Assembly: GCA_903839695.1 (NCBI GenBank)
Contig: CAIMDI010000026.1
Span: forward strand, 1 to 62,830
DNA from: Candidatus Tayloriibacteriota bacterium
GTDB taxonomy: Bacteria > Patescibacteriota > Minisyncoccia > Phycocordibacterales > PALSA-1337
DNA: 62,830 nt
Reading direction: 5' to 3'
Shown: positions 1-8,216 of the stretch, one piece after another
How positions within the stretch are numbered: the first letter of the stretch is position 1
Layout of the letters: each line of letters begins with the position of its first letter
Program-made: the position numbers and the translations under genes
Notes under the pieces: generated by a model
What the model was told of the DNA's origin: nothing
Database searches by the model: none
The model's input: only the letters and a program-made list of their open reading frames with translations

Positions 1-150
1 CGCTTTAATACTGAACTTGTAGATTGGTTGCTATGGTACAACACAAAGAGACCACATGAGTCACTTGGCATGGTTTCTCCTTTGAGATATATTGTAATGA
101 CATTACCAGCCAAAAAGTCTCATATGTGGTGGACGCGTACACTCTATTGA
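1..150 (+). mobile_element. 3' end of an IS transposase gene (rve/DDE integrase-core C-terminus); 5' part lies outside the window
   Basis: Frame 1 is open from base 1: RFNTELVDWLLWYNTKRPHESLGMVSPLRYIV...TLY*, stop TGA 148-150. The W-YN-x-RPH-x-SLG-xx-SP string is the conserved C-terminal signature of rve-type transposases. Confidence 0.6.
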
Positions 151-200
151 CATTATATAGGTACTAGTGTTAATATCTAATTATTAATCAATTAAAAAGT

Positions 201-1250
201 ATGCCAACAATCCAATTTAAGCCAAAACAAGCAACAAAAAGACTTTTATCGGTATTGCCTGAGAGGGCAAAAGAGGTTCTAATTAATAGATACGGTTTGG
301 GTAAGAAAGTAGAGAAAATGACTTTGGATTCTATTGGTAAACTTTATGGCATAACTCGTGAAAGAGTTCGCCAAATTGAAAACTACGCTTTAGCAAACAT
401 CAGAAAGTCTGATGCATACAAAACAGAAAAAAATACTTTTGCAGAAATTGAAGACTTATTGCATTCTTTGGGTGGTATTGTTGTTGAAGATGATTTTCTT
501 GGCCATTTAGCTAAGGACAAATCTTTACAAAATCATATACATTTTATATTAGTTATTGGTGATATATTTAAGAAAAGAAAGGAAGATAATGAATTCAAAC
601 ATCGTTGGCATGTAAATGAAGATTTGGCAAAAAATGTAGAATCTTCATTGAGAAAACTTTATACTGGACTTTCAGATCAAGATTTACTTTTGGAATCAGA
701 AATTGTAAATAAATTCTTAGAACATCTAGAAGACGTATCTGAGAAATACAAAAATCAAGAGATAGTAAAGAGATGGTTGTCTATTTCAAAAATGGTAGGT
801 AAAAATGCTATGGGAGAATGGGGTGTAGCCAGTTCATCAAATGTTAAGACTAAAGGTATGAGAGATTACGCTTTTCTTGTAATAAGAAAACATGGTTCAC
901 CTATACACTTCAAGGAAGTGGCTCAACAAATAACTCAAATTTTCAAGAAAAAGGCTCATGTTGCGACAACACACAATGAATTGATAAAGGATAAAAGATT
1001 TGTTTTGGTAGGAAGAGGACTTTATGCTTTACGTGAATGGGGATATATGGCCGGTGTAGTAAAGGACGTAATAAAAAGCATTATTGAAAAATATGGTCCA
1101 CTTACAAAGGATGAGATTATAGAAAAGGTATTGAAAGAAAGATATGTAAAAGACAATACCATTATGGTAAATTTACAAAATCAAAAGTATTTTAAGAAAG
1201 ATAAAGACAATAAATACCATCTATTAGATTCAAAAGTAGAAATGGTTTAA
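201..1250 (+). CDS. DNA-binding protein: sigma-70 region-4 HTH (N-term) plus HARE-HTH-like winged helix (C-term)
   Basis: 349-aa ORF. LPERAKEVLINRYGL..MTLDSIGKLYGITRERVRQIENYAL matches sigma-70 region 4. DYAFLVIRKHGSPIHFKEV...DKRFVLVGRGLYALREWGY resembles the RNAP-delta type HARE-HTH. No sigma region 2. Confidence 0.5.
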   Translation: MPTIQFKPKQATKRLLSVLPERAKEVLINRYGLGKKVEKMTLDSIGKLYGITRERVRQIENYALANIRKSDAYKTEKNTFAEIEDLLHSLGGIVVEDDFLGHLAKDKSLQNHIHFILVIGDIFKKRKEDNEFKHRWHVNEDLAKNVESSLRKLYTGLSDQDLLLESEIVNKFLEHLEDVSEKYKNQEIVKRWLSISKMVGKNAMGEWGVASSSNVKTKGMRDYAFLVIRKHGSPIHFKEVAQQITQIFKKKAHVATTHNELIKDKRFVLVGRGLYALREWGYMAGVVKDVIKSIIEKYGPLTKDEIIEKVLKERYVKDNTIMVNLQNQKYFKKDKDNKYHLLDSKVEMV

Positions 1251-1257
1251 AAGAAAA

Positions 1258-1297
1258 AAGCCCAGCCAAATTTTATCAAGTGTTGGGCTTTTTTCTT
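1258..1297 (+). terminator. hairpin terminator after 201-1250
   Basis: AAGCCCA (1258-1264) pairs with TGGGCTT (1284-1290), followed by TTTTCTTTT. Confidence 0.45.
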
Positions 1298-1326
1298 TTG
1301 CATAATCTCTGATATAATAATAGAGC

Positions 1327-2604
1327 ATGACAAATCTCGTTGATATTTTTAAATTAGTATATGATCAACTAAATCAAGAAGTGCTGGTTACTGTTTTGCA
1401 ATTACTGATTTCGGCATCACCATTGATTCTAGTTGTAATATTGTGGATAATATTTTGGCCATTGTGGGTAAATTACGTGAGGTCTGAAGCTATATATAAA
1501 GAAAAAACTGTTTTACTTGAAATTAAGCTACCAAAGGAAACAGTAAAATCTCCTATGGCAATGGAACTTTTTCTTACAGCATTAAATCAATGGGGCGGTG
1601 AAGGAAATGCCTTTGATAAATATTGGAAAGGTGGAATTAGAGCATGGTTTTCTTTGGAAATGGTTTCTGTTGAGGGACAAGTACATTTTTATATATGGAC
1701 TCGAGCTGCACAAAAAAACTTTACTCAATCTAGTCTTTACGCTCAGTTTCCAGGAATAGAAATTCATGAAGCACCTGATTATGCAAAATCTGTTCATTTT
1801 GATCCAAAGGAGACAAAAATATGGTTATCAACAATGAAATTATTAAAACCTGATCCATATCCTATTAAAACTTATGTTGATTATGGATTGGACAAGGACC
1901 CAAAGGAGGAATACAAGGTTGATCCACTCGCACCACTTATTGAATATCTTGGTAGTGTTGGATATAATCAACAAGTTTGGATTCAAATATTAATACGTGC
2001 CCATAAAAAGGAGCAGAGGAAGGCTGGTACACTTTGGAAATTAACTGATACCTGGAAAGATGAGGCAGTGGCGGAAGTAAATAAAATATTAATGCGCGAT
2101 AAGGATACAAAGGTAGCTGGAGCTAAAGATGAAGCAACTGGATTTACGAAACTTCCTAGTATTTCTAAGGGAGAGCATGATATTGCTGAGGCTATTGAAA
2201 GAAGTGTTACAAAATTACCTTTTGATGTTGGGATAAGAGTAATGTATATTGCGAAAAAAGATTCCTTTGATTCATCAAATAAAGGTGGAATATTGGGTAG
2301 TTTTAAACAATTTGGATCTGAGAATCTCAATGCCATTATTCCAGATAAGGATAAGCATCATCAAAAATTCAATTACCCATGGCAAGATTATCAAAATATA
2401 AGATATAATAGAGTTGCAAAATTGGGATTAGAGGCATACAAGAGAAGAGCATACTTCCATGAGCCTTTTGTTGAAAAATCATTCGTATTAAATTCCGAAG
2501 AGTTAGCCACCATATTCCATTTTCCAGGCCAAGTTGCTGCTGCACCAACTCTTTATCGTGTCCCTTCAAAAAAAGGTCAAGCACCTTCAAATCTTCCTAT
2601 ATAA
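1327..2604 (+). CDS. conserved hypothetical membrane protein
   Basis: 425-aa ORF with host-like AT-rich composition. N-terminal hydrophobic helix (LVTVLQLLISASPLILVVILWIIFWPLW). No recognisable catalytic motif. Confidence 0.55.
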   Translation: MTNLVDIFKLVYDQLNQEVLVTVLQLLISASPLILVVILWIIFWPLWVNYVRSEAIYKEKTVLLEIKLPKETVKSPMAMELFLTALNQWGGEGNAFDKYWKGGIRAWFSLEMVSVEGQVHFYIWTRAAQKNFTQSSLYAQFPGIEIHEAPDYAKSVHFDPKETKIWLSTMKLLKPDPYPIKTYVDYGLDKDPKEEYKVDPLAPLIEYLGSVGYNQQVWIQILIRAHKKEQRKAGTLWKLTDTWKDEAVAEVNKILMRDKDTKVAGAKDEATGFTKLPSISKGEHDIAEAIERSVTKLPFDVGIRVMYIAKKDSFDSSNKGGILGSFKQFGSENLNAIIPDKDKHHQKFNYPWQDYQNIRYNRVAKLGLEAYKRRAYFHEPFVEKSFVLNSEELATIFHFPGQVAAAPTLYRVPSKKGQAPSNLPI

Positions 2605-2607
2605 TCC

Positions 2608-3564
2608 ATGTCATTTACTTCAAAGAAATACATAATTAAACTCTGTGTTTTCTTTGCATCGTGCTTAGTTATTTTATCTGTTATCGCCATTAAACCTCCC
2701 AAATCATTTCCAAATGATCAATTTGATATAAATATTCCACAAAATAGTTCATTAACTTTTGTTAGTAATTATTTAAATGAAAAGCATGTTATTTCATCAC
2801 CTTTTTTGTTTAAAGTAATTACGGTTATTTTAGGTGGTAGAAAAGGTGTACACGCCGGTGATTATCGTTTCAATGATGCACAAAATTTAATTGTCGTTGC
2901 ATCTAGAATAGTTAATGGTGATCAGCAATTACCAAAAATAAAAATTACAATTCCTGAGGGTACAAATGTTGCTGATATGGCTTTTATATTTTTATCTAAG
3001 CTATCAAATTTCAATGCTCCAAAATTTGTTCTATTGGCTAGAAGTGATGAAGGATATTTATTTCCAGATACATATTATTTCCTTTCAAACACCAAACCCG
3101 AAGAAGTTATAAAAGAAATGAAAGCAAATTTTAATAAAAAAATTGCTGGAATTGACCAGGATATTAAAAAAAGTACAAAATCATTAAAGGATATTATAAC
3201 AATGGCTTCTATTATTGAGGAAGAGGCGAGAGGTTTTGAGGATAAGAAAATGGTGTCAGGAATATTGTGGCATAGAATAAATGAGGGAATGTTATTGCAA
3301 GTTGATCCACCTTTTTATTTTATTACTGGAAAAACCGGAACAGTTACATATGATGACTTAAAAGTTGAGTCACCATACAATACATACAAATATAAAGGTT
3401 TACCTAAGGGTCCTATAAGTAATCCTGGAATTGAATCTATAAAAGCCGCTCTAAGTCCTGCAACAACTGACTATTTGTTCTATTTAACAGGCAAGGACGG
3501 TGTTATGAGGTATTCTAAAACATATGATGGACATATTAGAAATAAAAATATATATTTGGACTAA
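2608..3564 (+). CDS. mltG: endolytic murein transglycosylase MltG (YceG family)
   Basis: N-terminal TM anchor. YceG motifs ASIIEEEA, LLQVDPPFYF, SPYNTYKYKGLPKGPISNPG. Confidence 0.8.
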   Translation: MSFTSKKYIIKLCVFFASCLVILSVIAIKPPKSFPNDQFDINIPQNSSLTFVSNYLNEKHVISSPFLFKVITVILGGRKGVHAGDYRFNDAQNLIVVASRIVNGDQQLPKIKITIPEGTNVADMAFIFLSKLSNFNAPKFVLLARSDEGYLFPDTYYFLSNTKPEEVIKEMKANFNKKIAGIDQDIKKSTKSLKDIITMASIIEEEARGFEDKKMVSGILWHRINEGMLLQVDPPFYFITGKTGTVTYDDLKVESPYNTYKYKGLPKGPISNPGIESIKAALSPATTDYLFYLTGKDGVMRYSKTYDGHIRNKNIYLD

Positions 3565-4616
3565 TGAATAAGTTAAGACAAAAAGTATATGTTGGAATGT
3601 CTGGAGGAGTTGATAGCTCTGTTTCTGCTGCGTTGCTCAAAAAAGATGGATTTGATGTTATAGGTGTATTTATAAAAGTATGGCAACCTGACTGGATAAA
3701 ATGCACATGGAAAGAAGATAGAATAGATGCAATGAGAGTAGCTGCAAAACTGGATATTCCTTTTGTGACTTTAGATTTGGAAAAAGAATACAAAGAGGAA
3801 GTAGTTGATTATATGATTAGAGAGTATAAAGCTGGAAATACACCAAATCCAGATGTAATGTGCAATAGACATGTAAAGTTTGGTGGATTCTATAAATGGG
3901 CAATGGATCAAGGTGCAGATTTTGTGGCTACCGGTCATTATGCAAGAATAAAAAATGGAAAACTTTTTGCAGGAGCTGATTCAAATAAGGATCAATCATA
4001 TTTTCTTTGGACACTTACACCAGAACAAATTTCTAGAACACTTTTTCCTGTTGGAAATATAAATAAAACAGAAGTTAGAAAAATAGCCACTAAATTAGGT
4101 TTATCTACAGCAGAGAAAAAAGATAGTCAAGGTCTGTGTTTTATAGGTAAAATTGATGTAAAAGATTTTCTATCTCATTATATTGAATATAAAAAAGGAA
4201 ATGTATTAAATGAAAATAATAATATTATCGGTGAACATTGTGGATCATATTTTTTTACAATAGGGGAAAGGCATGGTTTTACAATTACAAAAAAAACACC
4301 AAATGATCAGCCATATTATGTTATCTCAAAAGACATAAACAATAACACCATAACAGTTGCAAATAAGGCTGTTGAGGGCTCTTTACCCAATGCTAAACAA
4401 GAAATTGTTCTTAAAGATACAAATTGGAATCAAGGTCAAATATTTACCGGTAAGGCATTGAAGGCTAGATCACGATTTAGAGAAACATTGCAAGACATTA
4501 TCGTATTAAATGATAATATTATTTCTTTTCTTAAACCACAATATTCACTATCATCTGGACAATCATTAGTGATTTATGATGGTGACGAATGCCTGGGTGG
4601 AGGAATTATTATATAA
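3564..4616 (+). CDS. mnmA: tRNA-specific 2-thiouridylase MnmA
   Basis: PP-loop VGMSGGVDSSVSAALL, NPDVMCN, DSQGLCFIG. Start overlaps the mltG stop (TAATG). Confidence 0.9.
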   Translation: MNKLRQKVYVGMSGGVDSSVSAALLKKDGFDVIGVFIKVWQPDWIKCTWKEDRIDAMRVAAKLDIPFVTLDLEKEYKEEVVDYMIREYKAGNTPNPDVMCNRHVKFGGFYKWAMDQGADFVATGHYARIKNGKLFAGADSNKDQSYFLWTLTPEQISRTLFPVGNINKTEVRKIATKLGLSTAEKKDSQGLCFIGKIDVKDFLSHYIEYKKGNVLNENNNIIGEHCGSYFFTIGERHGFTITKKTPNDQPYYVISKDINNNTITVANKAVEGSLPNAKQEIVLKDTNWNQGQIFTGKALKARSRFRETLQDIIVLNDNIISFLKPQYSLSSGQSLVIYDGDECLGGGIII

Positions 4617-4633
4617 ATGTTAGAATCTATTTT

Positions 4634-5473
4634 ATGAATCATCTAATAACAATAACTAAAGCGGATGGAACAAGAGAATTATTTGAAGAAAGTAAACTAA
4701 TTGATTCCTTAAAAAATGCAGGTGGAAATGAGGAAATTATAGAAAAAATTTTAGAAAAGATTGAGGCTGAGATGAAAGATGGAATGCGTACAAGTGAAAT
4801 TTATAGTCATGCCTTTGCATTACTTAGAAAACACTCAATGCCAATGGCGATAAAATACTCTTTACGCAGGGCGCTTTCTGAATTGGGACCTGATGGTTTT
4901 CCTTTTGAAAAATATGTCGCAAGAATATTCCAATCATGGGGATACGAAACTCTTACCGATCAAACTGTATTGGGAGTTTGCGTGCCACATGAAATAGACG
5001 TTGTGGTTTGGAATAAAGAAAAGCTTATGATGGTAGAAGCAAAATTCCACAATGAATTAGGAATTAAATCTGATGTAAAAATCGCATTGTACATGAAGGC
5101 TAGATTTGATGATTTAAGAGGAAATATGTTTAATTTTGGTGGGTTTACCAGAAGACTCGATGAAGGTTGGATTATTACCAATACAAAATTTACTGAACAA
5201 GCTATTAGATATGGAGAATGCCAAGGTATAAAAATGATTGGATGGAATTATCCAGCAAAGGGAAATCTGCAAGATATTATTGAAGAACATAGACTACATC
5301 CTTTTACTTGTTTGTTAACATTGTCAGATTCACATAAAAAAGCCTTGCTTAAAAAAGGCGTGGTTTTGTGTACTGATATATACAACAATCCTCAATATCT
5401 AAAAGAAATTGGTATGGGATTAGTAGAGGAAAAAGCTGTTACCGATGAAATAAAAGACGTTTGCGGAATTTAA
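4634..5473 (+). CDS. ATP-cone domain fused to a PD-(D/E)xK (Mrr-like) nuclease domain
   Basis: Start taken at ATG 4634 (MNHLITITKADGTRELFEESKL), because the longer ORF overlaps mnmA. N-terminal ATP-cone pattern. Middle region FEKYVARIFQSWGYE...HEIDVVVW...MVEAKF gives a D..ExK nuclease core. Confidence 0.6.
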   Translation: MNHLITITKADGTRELFEESKLIDSLKNAGGNEEIIEKILEKIEAEMKDGMRTSEIYSHAFALLRKHSMPMAIKYSLRRALSELGPDGFPFEKYVARIFQSWGYETLTDQTVLGVCVPHEIDVVVWNKEKLMMVEAKFHNELGIKSDVKIALYMKARFDDLRGNMFNFGGFTRRLDEGWIITNTKFTEQAIRYGECQGIKMIGWNYPAKGNLQDIIEEHRLHPFTCLLTLSDSHKKALLKKGVVLCTDIYNNPQYLKEIGMGLVEEKAVTDEIKDVCGI

Positions 5474-5494
5474 TATAATTTAATTATTGAAAAT

Positions 5495-7261
5495 ATGAAA
5501 AATAATTTTAAAAATGAATGGGATTTTTCTTTGCTATATTCTTCTATAGACGATGAAAGAATTGATAAAGATATTCAAGAAATTGAGCGTCTCTGTACTA
5601 TGTTTAATAGTAAATATTCTGTTCTAGATAAAAATAATTTTATAAAACATGAAAATTTAATTATTTCTTTAAAAGACTATTTTCATATTAGATCAAAATT
5701 AACCCCTAAACCTATTGTATATTTATCATTGCTACTTCATAAAAATAGTTCAAATATTAAAGCACAAGCATTATTAAATAAGATAATAAGTAGAATTACT
5801 AATGCTACAAATAATTTAAATTTTTACATTATAAATCTTGGAAACATTTCTGATTCTGAAAAAGAGAATATCTTAAATAGTGAAATATTATCAAAATATC
5901 GTTTTTTCCTTAGAAATGTTTTTTTGGATGCAAAGCACAATCTTTCTGAAGCAGAAGAGAGAATAATGAGTTTGAAAAATCTTCCTGCCTCTGAAATGTG
6001 GGATAGTGGACATGATAAAATCCTTAGTTCAGTTATGATTAAATGGAAGGGTAAAGAAATACCATTAGCTCAAGCAAATAGCCTTATAGCAGATTCAAGT
6101 AAAAATGATAGGTACAAATTGGCAAAACTTATTACTATTGAACTTAAGAAATTATCTGTATTTTCTGAAGCTGAAATGAATGCGCTTGTCACAAATGCAA
6201 AGATTAATGATGAATTGAGAAAATATACTAAACCATACGAAGCTACTGTTGATGGTTATAATAATGATTTGGCTACAGTGGAGAAACTTGTAGAAATAGT
6301 TTCAAATAATTTTTCAATTGCACATAGATTTCATAAAATCAAAGCTAAATTATTAAAGCTAAAGGTATTAAAATATTCGGATAGAAATGCTAAATATGCA
6401 AATATTGATGGTAATTATTCTTTTAATAATTCAATAAAATCATTAATTAAAGTATTTGGTAATTTTGATAAAAAATATTCTGATATTTTAAAGAAATATT
6501 TAGAAAACGGTCAAATAGATGTATATCCAAAGAAAGGAAAAACTGGAGGTGCGTATTGTTGGGGAACTTTTGAGAATCCTACTTTCGTATTATTAAATCA
6601 TGTAAATAGTTTACATGATTATTCTACAATTGCTCATGAAATGGGACATGCATTTCACACAGAGCTGTCCAAAGATCAAGGTCCTGTATATTCATCATAT
6701 TCAACATCACTTGCGGAAACAGCTAGTACATTTTTTGAATCATTAGCGTTTGAAAGTATTATAGAAACCTTGCCTGATAAACAAAAAATTATTGCATTAC
6801 ACAATCAGATTAATGATGATATATCTACAATATTCAGACAAATAGCTTGTTTCAATCTTGAAAAAGATATTCACAATCATGTTAGAGAAAATGGATATGT
6901 TTCTAAAGAAGAGCTTGCAGATTTGCATAATAAAAATATGAAAGCATATCTTGGTTCTGCATTTAAACTAGAACATGATGACGGATATTTTTTTGTTCAA
7001 TGGGGACATTTGAGAAGATTTTTTTACGTATACACTTATGCTTATGGTCAACTTGTCAGCAGTGCATTATTGAGAAGATATAAACAAGATAAAAGTTTTA
7101 TTGTTTCTATAGAAAAGTTCTTGATGGCAGGAGGAAAAGATACACCAGAAAATATTTTAAAGAATATTGGAATAGATGTGACAACGGGTGAACTTTTCCA
7201 AGAGGGAATTGAGGAAATTCTGCAAAAAATCATTAAATTGGAGAAACTCGTTGGTATGTAG
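5495..7261 (+). CDS. pepF: oligoendopeptidase F-like M3B metallopeptidase
   Basis: 588 aa with zinc motif HEMGHAFH and length/layout typical of PepF. Confidence 0.75.
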   Translation: MKNNFKNEWDFSLLYSSIDDERIDKDIQEIERLCTMFNSKYSVLDKNNFIKHENLIISLKDYFHIRSKLTPKPIVYLSLLLHKNSSNIKAQALLNKIISRITNATNNLNFYIINLGNISDSEKENILNSEILSKYRFFLRNVFLDAKHNLSEAEERIMSLKNLPASEMWDSGHDKILSSVMIKWKGKEIPLAQANSLIADSSKNDRYKLAKLITIELKKLSVFSEAEMNALVTNAKINDELRKYTKPYEATVDGYNNDLATVEKLVEIVSNNFSIAHRFHKIKAKLLKLKVLKYSDRNAKYANIDGNYSFNNSIKSLIKVFGNFDKKYSDILKKYLENGQIDVYPKKGKTGGAYCWGTFENPTFVLLNHVNSLHDYSTIAHEMGHAFHTELSKDQGPVYSSYSTSLAETASTFFESLAFESIIETLPDKQKIIALHNQINDDISTIFRQIACFNLEKDIHNHVRENGYVSKEELADLHNKNMKAYLGSAFKLEHDDGYFFVQWGHLRRFFYVYTYAYGQLVSSALLRRYKQDKSFIVSIEKFLMAGGKDTPENILKNIGIDVTTGELFQEGIEEILQKIIKLEKLVGM

Positions 7262-7278
7262 CAACGTGATATAGGGTA

Positions 7279-7308
7279 TTGACAAATATATACTTAATGT
7301 GCTATGGT
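7279..7308 (+). promoter_or_regulatory. sigma-70 type promoter for 7403-8107
   Basis: TTGACA 7279-7284, 18-nt spacer, TATGGT 7303-7308. A roughly 95-nt leader follows, containing a 9-bp stem (ATATTTCGA/TCGAGATAT). Confidence 0.4.
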
Positions 7309-7402
7309 ATCAACTGAGGATATTTCGAGTGGCTAAGTGGTCATCGAGATATGTAGTAAACAAAGGCTATAATTAGCCAAAATTGGAAAGTACATTAAGA
7401 AG

Positions 7403-8107
7403 ATGAAAAGTATTATCAATGTTAGTTTGTTGGTGGTCGCGGTACTGTTTGTGACTATGTCAGTCTTCGCGCAAAACACTAATGTGGTCCCGAGCCCGAG
7501 GCCGCATCTGAGCATCAAGCTAGAGGCAAGGGTTCAGTTCCTTACTGTACCTGGAAAGTTCCAGATGGTATACGGAACCACGTCAGCAACACCACCACTT
7601 ATTTGGCGGAAAGTTGGTGTAGCAATGGAAGGCCCGGCAGGTTTGTCTGGGATATCTGTACCACTTCTGCCAAAGGAAAACTTCCGGACAGAAGATTTTC
7701 TACCGGTGATCATTACGGATGCGGTCCTGAAAAAGGGCGGCACCAGTACAAACCCACTTGGTACGTGGACGCAGTACATCCTAACATTCAATATTAGGGT
7801 GGCAAGTGGAGCAGAAGCTGTTTACATTGAAAAAAATAGTCTTTCCTCCCTATCGCAATCAAGTGGATTGCGGTGGGTCGGTTTCAGTAGAATTTTCCCT
7901 ATGGAGGCCGTTGTAACGGACTACATCAAGGTCCATGCGGGAGAGTGCGCAACATTCGAGTACGTATTTAACCAAAAACACTCGACTGCCACTGAGCCAG
8001 ACAGAGTCTTTGCAGTAAATTATGGGACACGGGATAACCCATGTTCTGGGCAGTATTCAATAACATACGGACTGGAAAACGTCATTATCTATCCTCAGCG
8101 CGATTAG
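7403..8107 (+). CDS. secreted hypothetical protein (GC-rich cassette)
   Basis: 234 aa. Signal peptide MKSIINVSLLVVAVLFVTMSVFA/QN. 53/100 G+C counted in 7441-7540 against 27/100 in pepF. Spurious antisense ORFs overlap it. Confidence 0.6.
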   Translation: MKSIINVSLLVVAVLFVTMSVFAQNTNVVPSPRPHLSIKLEARVQFLTVPGKFQMVYGTTSATPPLIWRKVGVAMEGPAGLSGISVPLLPKENFRTEDFLPVIITDAVLKKGGTSTNPLGTWTQYILTFNIRVASGAEAVYIEKNSLSSLSQSSGLRWVGFSRIFPMEAVVTDYIKVHAGECATFEYVFNQKHSTATEPDRVFAVNYGTRDNPCSGQYSITYGLENVIIYPQRD

Positions 8108-8130
8108 CGCTCAGGAAAAAATTTCAAAAT

Positions 8131-8166
8131 AGCCGGTAACTTAACTGTTACCGGCTGTCCTTTTTA
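8131..8166 (+). terminator. rho-independent terminator
   Basis: AGCCGGTAAC (8131-8140) pairs with GTTACCGGCT (8147-8156), then GTCCTTTTT. Confidence 0.75.
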
Positions 8167-8216
8167 TATAATCATACATAGATGAAAATATGTCGACGTT
8201 ATGTTAAACTCTTTTT

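Noticed and set aside
4589-4633. Longer N-terminal extensions offered by the ORF track (4589, 11162, 12649, 15872, 25833, 28634, 32269, 54687, 56382)
   Set aside because: Each extension overlaps the preceding gene, a promoter or a tRNA, and encodes non-conserved residues. An internal ATG that begins the recognisable protein was preferred.
7534-7797. ORFs 7534-7791 (-) and 7603-7797 (+) overlapping the secreted-protein gene
   Set aside because: They lie inside the GC-rich ORF 7403-8107, have no start context, and have Arg/Gly/Pro-rich compositions typical of off-frame translation of GC-rich DNA.
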